A stretch of 64,000 bases of DNA. It comes from Acidobacteriota bacterium (GTDB taxonomy: Bacteria > Acidobacteriota > Vicinamibacteria > Vicinamibacterales > SCN-69-37). Each line of letters begins with the position of its first letter. Position 1 is the stretch's first letter. The notes under the pieces were generated by a model, which made no database searches, was not told the origin of the DNA, and was given only the letters and a program-made list of their open reading frames with translations. The stretch covers positions 2,411 to 66,410 of the forward strand of contig JBDTNQ010000008.1 in the NCBI GenBank assembly GCA_039933635.1, given 5' to 3'. This document shows, piece after piece, positions 48,330-57,133 of the stretch. A program made the position numbers and the translations under genes.

Positions 48330-49206
48330 CGCGGGACCAGGCCGCCTCGAGTTCGGCGAGTGTGGCGCCTTGGAGCTGCTGGCCGCGCGCGTCGAAGTCT
48401 GCCTCGAGCGCGGTGAACCGCCGGGTGAACTTGTCGTTGGCATGTCGCAGGGCGGTCTCCGGATCGATCTTCAGGTGTCGCGCGAGGCTGGCCAGTGAGA
48501 ACAGCAGATCGCCGAATTCATCGACCGCGCGCTCGTGGCTCTCGCCGACCGCCTCTCGGAGCTCGCGCACCTCCTCATCGACCTTGTCGAGCACGTCCAT
48601 TGTCTGCGGCCAGTCGAAACCGACTGCCGCGACGCGCGCACCGATGCGGGCGGCCCGCAACAACGCCGGCAACGCGGTGGGCAGGCCGGCCAGCGTCCGC
48701 GCGGGCGCGCCACTGCCTGCCTGCTCGCGGGCTTTGAGCTGGCCCCACTGGTCCGCGACGGCTTGCGCCGACGCCACGCCTGCGCGCGTTCGCGCCGCTG
48801 GTGAGAGCCTTCGGCCAGCCGCCGTGAATACATGAGGATGGCGACGAACGAGCTTCTCGCAAATGGCGTTGACGACGTCGGTGATGGTGAACGTGCCGGT
48901 TTCGGAGGCGATCTGCGCGTGAAACACGCACTGGAGCAGGACGTCGCCCAGTTCTCCGGGGAGCGCGCCGATGTCTCCGCGATCGATGGCGTCCACGGCC
49001 TCGTACGCCTCTTCGATGAGATAGGGGCGCAGGCTCGCGTGGTCCTGTTTCACATCCCACGGGCAGCCGTTCGCGGATCGCAGCGTGGCCATGATGCGCA
49101 CGAGCCGGCCGAAGGCCTTCGTGGCCGCCACCGTGCGGGTGGGCTTGGGGCGCGGCCGGGTTGAACGGCGCGGGGGCCGACGCGGCGTGGGCGTGCGGGA
49201 ACGCAT
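48241..49206 (-). CDS. mazG: nucleoside triphosphate pyrophosphohydrolase MazG
   Basis: LVRIMATLRSANGCPWDVKQDHASLRPYLIEEAYE and a second EEVxE repeat. The start is uncertain (GTG at 49131 is possible). The 3' end overlaps comEC by 89 nt. Confidence 0.85.
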   Translation of the reverse strand: MRSRTPTPRRPPRRSTRPRPKPTRTVAATKAFGRLVRIMATLRSANGCPWDVKQDHASLRPYLIEEAYEAVDAIDRGDIGALPGELGDVLLQCVFHAQIASETGTFTITDVVNAICEKLVRRHPHVFTAAGRRLSPAARTRAGVASAQAVADQWGQLKAREQAGSGAPARTLAGLPTALPALLRAARIGARVAAVGFDWPQTMDVLDKVDEEVRELREAVGESHERAVDEFGDLLFSLASLARHLKIDPETALRHANDKFTRRFTALEADFDARGQQLQGATLAELEAAWSRVKQQDSPSSSSTSDRTMSSRGSRARPSRR

Positions 49207-49234
49207 TCGAGCGCCATGCTAGCATTCGATCTTC

Positions 49235-50005
49235 GTGCGCGTGCGCTTTCTAGGCACCGGAACGTCGCATGGCGTGCCCATGATCGGGTGCGACTGCCGC
49301 GTCTGCCGATCCACCGACCCTCGCGATTCCCGGACACGGTCCTCGATTTACCTCGAATGCGACGACGGTCTGGGTGTGCTCGTGGATACGAGTACGGATC
49401 TCAGAGCCCAGGCATTGCGCGAGGATGTGCGGCGCGTCGACGCGGTCCTCTTCACGCACTCCCATGCCGACCACATCATGGGACTCGACGAAATTCGTCG
49501 CTTCAACATGCTGAGCGGCCAGCCCATGCCGATCTTCGGTACGCCCGGGACGCTCGCCGACTTGAGGCGGACATTCGGCTATGTGTTCTCGTCCGATGCC
49601 CCGCGCGGTGGCGGGGTGCCGGATCTGCGGCTGTGGGCCCTCCACGGAAGTTTCTGCTTGGGCCGCACCGAAATCGTGCCGATTCCGGTCCAGCATGGTC
49701 CCTGGCAGGTGCTGGGCTTTCGCATCGGAACGTTTGCCTATGTGACCGACTGCAACGGCATTCCTGCCGCGTCTCTGGCCATGCTCCAGGGCGTCCGGAC
49801 GCTGGTGCTCGACGCGCTCAGGCACACGCCGCACCCGACACACTTCACGGTGGCCGAGGCGATCGACGCCGCGCGGCAGATCGGCGCGGCGTCGACCTAC
49901 TTCACGCACATCGCGCACGACCTGGGACATGCGGAGACGTGCGCGGCGTTGCCAGCGGGATTCACGCTGGCCTATGACGGCCTGACGCTCGAGATCGGCG
50001 CGTGA
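49235..50005 (+). CDS. MBL-fold metallo-hydrolase (PhnP-like)
   Basis: 256 aa. FLGTGTSHGVP, a CDCRVC zinc site and the THSHADH motif. Confidence 0.8.
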   Translation: MRVRFLGTGTSHGVPMIGCDCRVCRSTDPRDSRTRSSIYLECDDGLGVLVDTSTDLRAQALREDVRRVDAVLFTHSHADHIMGLDEIRRFNMLSGQPMPIFGTPGTLADLRRTFGYVFSSDAPRGGGVPDLRLWALHGSFCLGRTEIVPIPVQHGPWQVLGFRIGTFAYVTDCNGIPAASLAMLQGVRTLVLDALRHTPHPTHFTVAEAIDAARQIGAASTYFTHIAHDLGHAETCAALPAGFTLAYDGLTLEIGA

Positions 50006-50060
50006 TTGGCCGCGGCCGGCCCGCCGCGGCGGCTCTCGCGAGATGGGATAGCCTCTGAGC

Positions 50061-50993
50061 ATGCAGGTCGTGTATTTCCCTGATGCGCCGCGGCCGAGGT
50101 GGGCGTATCCGGTGGTGGCGCTGGGCAACTTCGACGGGTTGCACCGTGGTCACCAGCAGCTCATCGACGGTGTGCGGCGTCAGGCGCGGGAGCGAGCCGG
50201 CACGTCGGTCGCGATGGTGTTCGATCCGCATCCGCCACGCGTGCTCAGGCCGGACAAGGCGCCGCCGCTCCTCATGACGCTCGACCAAAAGATCGAGGCG
50301 TTCGAGCGGGCCGGGCTCGATGCCGTGGCGGTGGTACGGTTCAACCTGGAGCTCTCGCGATGGGAGCCCGAGCTGTTCGTCGAAACCGTCATCATCGACT
50401 GGCTGCGCGCCGCGGAGGTGTGGGTCGGCGCGAACTTTCTGTTCGGCCGCGATCGATCCGGCACGTTCACGTTGTTGCGCGCGCTTGGCGAGGATCGCGG
50501 ATTCCGGTGCGAGAAGATCGATCCGGTCCGCTACAAGGACTTCGTGGTGTCGAGCACCCGAGTCAGGCACCTCGTGGCCGAGGGACGCGTGGACGAGGCC
50601 GGGGCGTTGCTGGGGCACCAGTATTTCGTGGACGGTGAGGTCGTGCACGGCGCCGGGCGCGGGCGCGACCTCGGCTATCCGACGGCGAACCTGCGCACCT
50701 CGAATGAGCTCCTGCCGGCCCATGGCATCTATGCCTCGATGGTGGCGCTCGGCGACACGTGGCATCGCGCGGTCACGAGCGTGGGCGTGCGGCCGACGAT
50801 TGGCGACGGGCAGTTCACCGTCGAGACCTTCATTCTCGACGGCGCGCACGATCTCTACGGCAAGCGCCTCCGCGTGGCCTTCGTGAAGTACCTGCGCCCG
50901 GAGCTGAAGTTCGACGGGCTCCCGGCCCTGCAGGCGCAGATCGCGCTCGATTGCGCCGAGGCCGAGGCCCTCTTTGCCCAGATGGCTGTCTGA
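50061..50993 (+). CDS. ribF: bifunctional riboflavin kinase / FAD synthetase
   Basis: 310 aa. ALGNFDGLHRGHQ, GRDLGYPTANL and ETFILD motifs. Confidence 0.93.
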   Translation: MQVVYFPDAPRPRWAYPVVALGNFDGLHRGHQQLIDGVRRQARERAGTSVAMVFDPHPPRVLRPDKAPPLLMTLDQKIEAFERAGLDAVAVVRFNLELSRWEPELFVETVIIDWLRAAEVWVGANFLFGRDRSGTFTLLRALGEDRGFRCEKIDPVRYKDFVVSSTRVRHLVAEGRVDEAGALLGHQYFVDGEVVHGAGRGRDLGYPTANLRTSNELLPAHGIYASMVALGDTWHRAVTSVGVRPTIGDGQFTVETFILDGAHDLYGKRLRVAFVKYLRPELKFDGLPALQAQIALDCAEAEALFAQMAV

Positions 50994-51016
50994 CGAGCCT
51001 GATAGAATCGCCCGCG

Positions 51017-51283
51017 ATGTCATCGTCGACCTTCACGCTCCGGGTGCCGGCCGATGGCCTGTTTCCGGCGCTCGCCGGTGCGGTCGCGTCACGTTTTCTC
51101 GAACTGTGCGGTGCTGCGGCGGTCGACGCGGCCCGCTTCGAGCGCGAGGTCACGAGCGCGGCGGCGCTCGTCGCGCCCGGGGCCGAGACCATCGAGTGCA
51201 CGTTCGTGGGCGGCCCGTCGGGCGTCGAGGCAACCTTGCGCGCCGGGGCGCGGCATCAAACCGTGCAGCATCTCCGGTCCTGA
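51017..51283 (+). CDS. hypothetical small protein
   Basis: 88-aa tail of ORF 50759..51283 starting MSSSTFTLRV. It fills the ribF-cysS gap exactly (23 nt after ribF, 3 nt before cysS). No family recognised. Confidence 0.45.
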   Translation: MSSSTFTLRVPADGLFPALAGAVASRFLELCGAAAVDAARFEREVTSAAALVAPGAETIECTFVGGPSGVEATLRAGARHQTVQHLRS

Positions 51284-51286
51284 ACC

Positions 51287-52702
51287 ATGCGTCTGTACAA
51301 CACCCTGTCGCGAACCGAGGAGACGTTCGTGCCGGCCGATGGCCGGACCGTCCGCATGTACAACTGTGGCCTGACGGTGTACGCGCGTGGGCACATCGGT
51401 AACTTCCGGACGTTCGTCTGTCTGGACGTGCTACGACGGACGCTGAAATACCAGGAAGGGTTTGCCGTCCGGCAGGTGACGAATTTCACGGACGTGGACG
51501 ACAAGACGATCAACGCGTCGACGGCCGCGGGTGTGCCACTGCGCGAGTACACGGACCGCTATATCGCGGCCTTTCGTGAGGACGCGGCGGCGATGGGCCT
51601 GGAACCCGTCGAGGAAACGCCGCGCGCCACCGACGAGGCGAACATGCAGGCCATGGCCGACATGGTCAAGCAGCTCGAAGCGCGAGGACACACGTACCGA
51701 TCGGAAGGCTCGATCTACTACCGCATTGCGTCGCTGCCCGAGTACGGCGCGCTGGCGCGGCTCGACCGGCAGGAAATTCAGACTGGCGCGCGCGTGGATT
51801 CGGACGACTCGTACGCGAAACAGGATGCGCGGGATTTCGTGCTGTGGAAGGGCGCGAAACCCGGCGAGCCGACCTGGGATTTCGGCCTGGGGCCGGGCCG
51901 GCCAGGCTGGCATCTCGAGTGCTCGGCGATGGCGCTCCGGCTGCTCGGTGAGCCGCCGATTGACATTCACGGCGGCGGGATCGATCTGATCTTTCCGCAC
52001 CATGAAAACGAAATCGCGCAGGCCGTCGGCGCGACGGGGCGTCCGTTCGTGCGCTTCTGGGTGCACGTGGAATTCTTGAACTTCGACAACGAGAAGATGT
52101 CGAAGTCGCTGGGCAACGTCTTCACGGTGCGCGACATTCTGGACAAAGGCTACCGCGCGTCGGCCCTGCGGTATCTGCTGATCTCCGTCCACTACCGCAA
52201 ACAGCTCACGTTCAATTGGGACGTGCTCGACCAGGCCGAGGCGTCGGTCACGCGGCTCGCGGACTTTCTGGTGCGTGTCGACGGCATCACCGGCGGCGAG
52301 GCGCATCCAGAGATTGGCAAACGGCTGGCCCGCGCGCGCGCGGATGTCGCCGGGCTCGTGACGGACGACCTCAACGTGCCGACGGCCCTCGGCGTGATCT
52401 TCGACGTCGTGCGTGAAATGCACGCGGCGATGGATCGACGGGAGGTCGGCGCGGCGGATGCTGCGCAGATCCGTGAAACGTTCGCCGGATTCGACCGCAT
52501 TCTTGGCGTGCTGTCCCTGCGGCAGGCGGAGGACGCGACGCCGCCGGTGCCCGTCGAGGACATCGAGCGGCTCATCGATGAGCGTCGCCAGGCCCGACAG
52601 GCGCGCCAGTTCGCACGGGCCGATGACATCCGGCAGGAACTGGATGCCCGCGGCATCGTGCTGGAGGACAGCGCCTCGGGCACCCGGTGGAAGCGCAAAT
52701 AG
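51287..52702 (+). CDS. cysS: cysteine--tRNA ligase
   Basis: 471 aa. HIGN (HIGH) and KMSKSLGN motifs, plus Zn-ligand Cys residues. Confidence 0.96.
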   Translation: MRLYNTLSRTEETFVPADGRTVRMYNCGLTVYARGHIGNFRTFVCLDVLRRTLKYQEGFAVRQVTNFTDVDDKTINASTAAGVPLREYTDRYIAAFREDAAAMGLEPVEETPRATDEANMQAMADMVKQLEARGHTYRSEGSIYYRIASLPEYGALARLDRQEIQTGARVDSDDSYAKQDARDFVLWKGAKPGEPTWDFGLGPGRPGWHLECSAMALRLLGEPPIDIHGGGIDLIFPHHENEIAQAVGATGRPFVRFWVHVEFLNFDNEKMSKSLGNVFTVRDILDKGYRASALRYLLISVHYRKQLTFNWDVLDQAEASVTRLADFLVRVDGITGGEAHPEIGKRLARARADVAGLVTDDLNVPTALGVIFDVVREMHAAMDRREVGAADAAQIRETFAGFDRILGVLSLRQAEDATPPVPVEDIERLIDERRQARQARQFARADDIRQELDARGIVLEDSASGTRWKRK

Positions 52703-52810
52703 ACCCTTCGTGTCGGCCGTCCGCCCACAGATCTGGGCGAGACGCTCAATCCTGTCGGAGTGTCTGACCCCCTCGGCCGACAAGTTTGAGCCTACCCTGC
52801 CAATTGGGCC

Positions 52811-52825
52811 TGGCACATCGCTTGC
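52811..52825 (+). promoter_or_regulatory. sigma-54 (-24/-12) promoter element
   Basis: TGGCAC-ATCGC-TTGC matches the TGGCAC-N5-TTGC consensus exactly. It ends 13 nt before the ATG at 52839. Confidence 0.5.
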
Positions 52826-52838
52826 CTTTGTCCCGGAC

Positions 52839-53231
52839 ATGAGACCGCTCCCGGCCTGGACCGACACGAGCCTTTCGGGGCGACCACAGTCGCGGCGTTC
52901 GGCGCCGCGGCTCGAGGTCGAGGCTATCCTGAACGGCCGTCTGGCCAAGGGCAATCTGCGCATGACCGTGCACGACCTCGGGTTCGGCGGGTTCGCGGTG
53001 GAGAGTCCGATTGCTTTCGCCGTAGGCAGCCGCCACGACTTCAGGTTCGTCGGCCCGGAGGGCATGGTCGTGGGCATTCGAGCGGAGACCGTGTACGCCC
53101 GCGCCGTGGGCCTGCGTGACGGCATGGATCACGTGCTGACCGGCTTCAAGTACGTCCTCGAAACCGAGGATGCCGAACGGGCGGTCGAAGCGCTGCTCGA
53201 CCTCGCGATGTCCCCGATCTCGTTCGACTGA
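52839..53231 (+). CDS. PilZ-domain protein
   Basis: 130-aa tail of ORF 52413..53231. RRSAPR (RxxxR) and DLGFGGF (a D-x-S-x-x-G variant with Ser replaced by Gly). Confidence 0.6.
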   Translation: MRPLPAWTDTSLSGRPQSRRSAPRLEVEAILNGRLAKGNLRMTVHDLGFGGFAVESPIAFAVGSRHDFRFVGPEGMVVGIRAETVYARAVGLRDGMDHVLTGFKYVLETEDAERAVEALLDLAMSPISFD

Positions 53232-53256
53232 GCAGCGGCGCTTCTCACAACTCCTC

Positions 53257-53262
53257 TATACT
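53257..53262 (+). promoter_or_regulatory. candidate -10 box TATACT upstream of manD
   Basis: TATACT lies 53 nt before the ATG at 53316 and is followed by the hairpin CCGACG-AAT-CGTCGG. Confidence 0.3.
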
Positions 53263-53315
53263 GCCCGCCGGCCCGACGAATCGTCGGCGGCCGACGAGTG
53301 TCTGTGGGCGCCTCC

Positions 53316-54524
53316 ATGAAGATTGTCGATGCGAAGGTCGTCGTCTGCTGCCCCGGTCGCAATTTCGTGACCCTGAAGATCATCACCGACGACGGCCTCG
53401 TGGGTCTCGGTGACGCGACGCTCAATGGTCGCGAACTGGCGGTGGCGAGCTACCTGCGTGACCACGTGCTGCCGTGTCTCATTGGCCGCGATTCGTTCCA
53501 GACCGAGGACATCTGGCAGTACCTCTATCGCGGCGCGTACTGGCGCAAGGGCCCCGTGACGATGACGGCGATCGGCGCGGTCGACGTGGCGCTGTGGGAC
53601 ATCAAGGCGAAGGCGCTGAACACCCCGCTCTATAACCTGCTCGGCGGCAGGAGCCGGGACGGCGTGATGGTGTATGGGCACGCCAACGGCCGCGACATCG
53701 AGGAAACCGTGGACGCGGTTGCCCGGCATCTCGATGAGAAGTTTCTTGCCGTCCGCGCGCAATCCGGTGTGCTGGGTGTCCCGGACACCTACGGTGTGCC
53801 GAAGGATGGACGCCCGTACGAGCCCGCGGAGAAGGGGTTGCCGCACGAGTACGCGTGGTCGACCGAGACGTACCTCGCGCACGTGCCTGCGCTCTTCGAG
53901 ACGCTGCGCGTCCGATTCGGATCCGACGTACACCTGCTGCACGATGCGCATCATCGGCTGACCCCGATTCAGGCGGCGCGCCTCGGCAAGGCGCTGGAGC
54001 CCTCACATCTGTTCTGGCTCGAGGACCCGACGCCGGCCGAGCTCCAGGAAGGCTTTCGCACGATTCGGCAGCACACGACGACGCCGATTGCCGTCGGCGA
54101 GGTGTTCAATACCGTGTGGGATGCGCGAACGCTGATTGCCGAGCAATTGATCGACTACCTGCGAATGACGGTCACGCACGGCGGCGGCGTGACGCCAATG
54201 CTGAAGATTGCCGCGTTCGCGGCGATGCACCACGTGCAGATGGGCTGCCACGGTGCCACGGACCTGTCACCGATCACCATGGGCGCTGCGCTGCATTTCG
54301 ATCTGGCGATTCCGAACCTCGGCGTGCAGGAGTGGATGCCACACAACGCGCTCACCGACGAAGTCTTTCCGCACAGTTACAGGTATCGCGACGGCTACAT
54401 GCACCCGGGCGATGAGCCTGGTCACGGCGTGGGCTTCGATGAGACCCTCGCCGCCAAGTTTCCGTACGACCGCGCGTACCTGCCTGTCACTCGGCGGCTC
54501 GACGGCACGTTGTGGGATTGGTAG
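53316..54524 (+). CDS. manD: D-mannonate dehydratase, enolase-superfamily type (ManD)
   Basis: [43 protein letters not shown].., [17 protein letters not shown] and ..[14 protein letters not shown] closely follow the ManD subgroup of the enolase superfamily. Confidence 0.9.
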   Translation: MKIVDAKVVVCCPGRNFVTLKIITDDGLVGLGDATLNGRELAVASYLRDHVLPCLIGRDSFQTEDIWQYLYRGAYWRKGPVTMTAIGAVDVALWDIKAKALNTPLYNLLGGRSRDGVMVYGHANGRDIEETVDAVARHLDEKFLAVRAQSGVLGVPDTYGVPKDGRPYEPAEKGLPHEYAWSTETYLAHVPALFETLRVRFGSDVHLLHDAHHRLTPIQAARLGKALEPSHLFWLEDPTPAELQEGFRTIRQHTTTPIAVGEVFNTVWDARTLIAEQLIDYLRMTVTHGGGVTPMLKIAAFAAMHHVQMGCHGATDLSPITMGAALHFDLAIPNLGVQEWMPHNALTDEVFPHSYRYRDGYMHPGDEPGHGVGFDETLAAKFPYDRAYLPVTRRLDGTLWDW

Positions 54525-54561
54525 CCTGCCAGGCGCCTTGCGGCCTCCGCGGTAAATGGGC

Positions 54562-55590
54562 CTAGCGCTGCACGCGTCCCGATCCATCGCCGCCCGCGAG
54601 CCGATCGACTTCGTCCACGGTGACGCGATTGAAGTCGCCCGGAATCGAGTGCTTGAGCGCGCTGGCGGCGACCGCGAAACGGAGAGCCTCTTCCGCGGAG
54701 CGGCCGGTCGTGAGGCCGTAGATGAGGCCGGCCGCGAAGCTGTCGCCGCCGCCGATACGATCGATGACCCGCAGGTCGTAGCGCTGGCTGTGGTGGAAGC
54801 GCTGCTCGGATTCGTCCCACAGGACCGCGCTCCAGCCGTTGTCGCTGGCCGACATGCTCTCACGCAGGGTGATCGCCACCAGCCGCACGTCGAAATCGCG
54901 CGCCACCGTTCGCGCCGCCTGCTGGTACGCCGCGAGATCCAGGTGCGCCGTGGTCACGTCCGCGCCTTCGACGCGGACGCCCAGCACGTTCTGCAGGTCT
55001 TCCTCGTTGGCGATGACGGTATCGATGCCCGCGACGAGCGGGCGCATCGCCGCTTGGGCCTGTGACGGCGTCCAGAGCTTCTTCCGATAGTTCAGATCGA
55101 TGCTGACGCGTGCCCCGGCGGCCTTTGCGGCCTGCACAGCGGCGCGCGTCGTCTCGGCAGCGGTCGGGCCAAGGGCCGGTGAAATGCCCGTGACGTGAAA
55201 CCACGCAGCATCTCGAAAGAGGGCGGCCCAGTTGACGGCACCGGCATCGAGTCCTGTGATGGCCGATTGCGCGCGGTCGTAGATCACGACCGAGCCGCGC
55301 TGACTGGCGCCGCCCTCGGCGTAATAGATGCCGACCCGATCGCCGCCGCGGACGATGGCGTCGGTACGCACGCCCTCGGCACGCAACGCGCGGACCGCCG
55401 CGTCGCCAATGGCGTGGGCCGGCAGTCTGGTCACGTACCAGCTCTCGAGGCCGAACTGCGCGAGGCTGACCGCCACGTTGGCCTCGCCTCCGCCAAACGT
55501 GGCGACGAAGAGCGGCGACTGGAGAAAGCGCTCGAGGTTGGGCGGGCTGAGTCGCAGCATGATTTCGCCGAACGTGACGACCTTGGGCAT
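54562..55590 (-). CDS. kdgK: 2-dehydro-3-deoxygluconokinase (PfkB family)
   Basis: C-terminal 342 aa of ORF 54562..56562 starting MPKVVTFGEIMLRLSPP. Also FGGGEANVAVSL and GGDSFAAG. 1-nt TGATG overlap with eda. Confidence 0.88.
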   Translation of the reverse strand: MPKVVTFGEIMLRLSPPNLERFLQSPLFVATFGGGEANVAVSLAQFGLESWYVTRLPAHAIGDAAVRALRAEGVRTDAIVRGGDRVGIYYAEGGASQRGSVVIYDRAQSAITGLDAGAVNWAALFRDAAWFHVTGISPALGPTAAETTRAAVQAAKAAGARVSIDLNYRKKLWTPSQAQAAMRPLVAGIDTVIANEEDLQNVLGVRVEGADVTTAHLDLAAYQQAARTVARDFDVRLVAITLRESMSASDNGWSAVLWDESEQRFHHSQRYDLRVIDRIGGGDSFAAGLIYGLTTGRSAEEALRFAVAASALKHSIPGDFNRVTVDEVDRLAGGDGSGRVQR

Positions 55591-56249
55591 CAGGCGTGTC
55601 CTCGAGCGCGGCGGACGTTGGCGACAATCCGGCGCGCGTTGTCCGCGATGGCGGAGAAGTTGTTGGCCGCAATGGCCGCGGCGTCCAGCAGCGACGTGCC
55701 GACGCCGACGGCCACGGCACCGGCGTTGATCCAGTCGCCGGCGTTGTCGAGCGTGACGCCGCCCGTCGGCATCAGCTTCACGTGCGGCATCGGCCCGCGG
55801 AGGTCCTTCAGGTATCCAGGACCGAGCGCGGTGGCGGGGAAGACCTTCACGATATCCGCGCCGGCTTCCCAGGCCTCGAGAATCTCGGTGGGCGAGAAAC
55901 AGCCTGGCAGCGATGCCACGTCGAGCGCCTGTGCCGCTTCGACGACGCTCCGACGATAGACGGGACTCACGATGAACGTGGCACCGGCATCCACGACGCG
56001 CGCGACCGTCTCCGCGTCGGTCACCGTGCCCGCGCCGAGCAGGAAACCAGTCGGGAGTGTTGGCGCTGTGCGGCGGATGAGTTCGACGGCGCCCGTCACG
56101 GTCATCGTGACCTCCAGCGCGCGCACGCCGCCGTCGACGAGCGCCCCGACGACGTCGCCCAGCTTCGAGGGATCGGCAATGCGGATGACGGCGACGACGC
56201 CGGCGTCCGAGAGGCCGGCGGCTATCTGGCTGCGTATGGTTGATGTCAT
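55590..56249 (-). CDS. eda: KDPG / 4-hydroxy-2-oxoglutarate aldolase
   Basis: 219 aa from MTSTIRSQIAA. Has ALEVTM, GAGTV, VKVFPA (Schiff-base Lys) and MPTGGV motifs. Confidence 0.88.
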   Translation of the reverse strand: MTSTIRSQIAAGLSDAGVVAVIRIADPSKLGDVVGALVDGGVRALEVTMTVTGAVELIRRTAPTLPTGFLLGAGTVTDAETVARVVDAGATFIVSPVYRRSVVEAAQALDVASLPGCFSPTEILEAWEAGADIVKVFPATALGPGYLKDLRGPMPHVKLMPTGGVTLDNAGDWINAGAVAVGVGTSLLDAAAIAANNFSAIADNARRIVANVRRARGHA

Positions 56250-57118
56250 GGGACGATCCGACTCCTCGAATAACTGTGCGCCGGCAGGCGAAAACGGTCG
56301 CCAATGACCTCCCGCTCCGCCGCGAGCATCCATAAGACGGCCAACGTCCCGCTCGACATACGCGCGTCGACGTGCCAGCGATGGGGCCCGACGACCAGAT
56401 CGCCCTCGTGCACGTGCGAGAGATGCGATGTCGCTCCGTCGGTCCATTCCACGGGCATCGGCTGGCCACTCGTTGGCACGCGCGCGTAGCAGCACGCGAC
56501 TTCCGCGCCGGGTAGGTCAGGGACCAGCGGCCAGGCGCCGGCGTCTCGGGCATCACCGGCAATCACGCCGACGCTGACCCGCCCGGCGGCTGCGTGGTCG
56601 CCCAGCATCACGCATGACCGCGGGTCGGCGCCCGGGTGTTGTACCGATGATTCCGCTTGTTGATCGGCATACGAGACGTACTGCAATGGGTGACGCTCCT
56701 CGACTGGCGCGCGGGCTTCGATGATGTCGACCATGCCTGTGGCGCTCCAGACCATGAAGTGCGTGTCGCGTGGGACGTAGATCGTGTCATAGCGCTCGAC
56801 GCGAAAGCGTTCAGTCCCCACGCGAACCCACCCCGCGCCGTCGAGGCAGACCAATGCCGTCTCGAACTCGCCTGGTTCGACGTGGACCGGCGGCATGTGC
56901 GCATCGGTCCGGATGCGGCCGCACTGCAGCACGCGCAACGGGGTCGTGGCCGGTTCGATCCAGTTGGTCCGTCCCAGGGCGCGCGGGGCGCCGCGAACGA
57001 TCGTCGTAGAGCGGCTGCCGTCAAGGGTCACGCAGGATTCCGCGACACATGCTACACGACAGGTCCGCCGCTGCGAACGCGCGGCCTGGACGGCAAGGGT
57101 GAAGGCGTTCCGCGCCAT
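56246..57118 (-). CDS. KduI/IolB-family bicupin (putative uronate/deoxyglucuronate isomerase-like)
   Basis: Tail of ORF 56246..58090. Its pattern resembles IolB (..EFETALVCLDGAGWVRVGTERFRVERYDTIYVP.. and ..VHEGDLVVGP..LWMLAAE). ATGA overlap with eda. The start is ambiguous (57118, 57031 or 56896). Confidence 0.5.
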   Translation of the reverse strand: MARNAFTLAVQAARSQRRTCRVACVAESCVTLDGSRSTTIVRGAPRALGRTNWIEPATTPLRVLQCGRIRTDAHMPPVHVEPGEFETALVCLDGAGWVRVGTERFRVERYDTIYVPRDTHFMVWSATGMVDIIEARAPVEERHPLQYVSYADQQAESSVQHPGADPRSCVMLGDHAAAGRVSVGVIAGDARDAGAWPLVPDLPGAEVACCYARVPTSGQPMPVEWTDGATSHLSHVHEGDLVVGPHRWHVDARMSSGTLAVLWMLAAEREVIGDRFRLPAHSYSRSRIVP

Positions 57119-57133
57119 CGGTCGTGATATACC

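Noticed and set aside
48241-49206. MazG as part of a mazEF-type toxin-antitoxin module
   Set aside because: There are no small mazE/mazF-like ORFs adjacent. The neighbours are comEC and an MBL hydrolase. This is a stand-alone housekeeping MazG.
55591-56562. Upstream 324 aa of ORF 54562..56562 and upstream part of ORF 56246..58090, which look like 600+ aa proteins
   Set aside because: Only the C-terminal parts carry kdgK and cupin homology. The extensions run through eda and antisense to GH28 in other frames and are Arg-rich nonsense. Internal ATGs with 1-4 nt operon-style overlaps give normal-length proteins.
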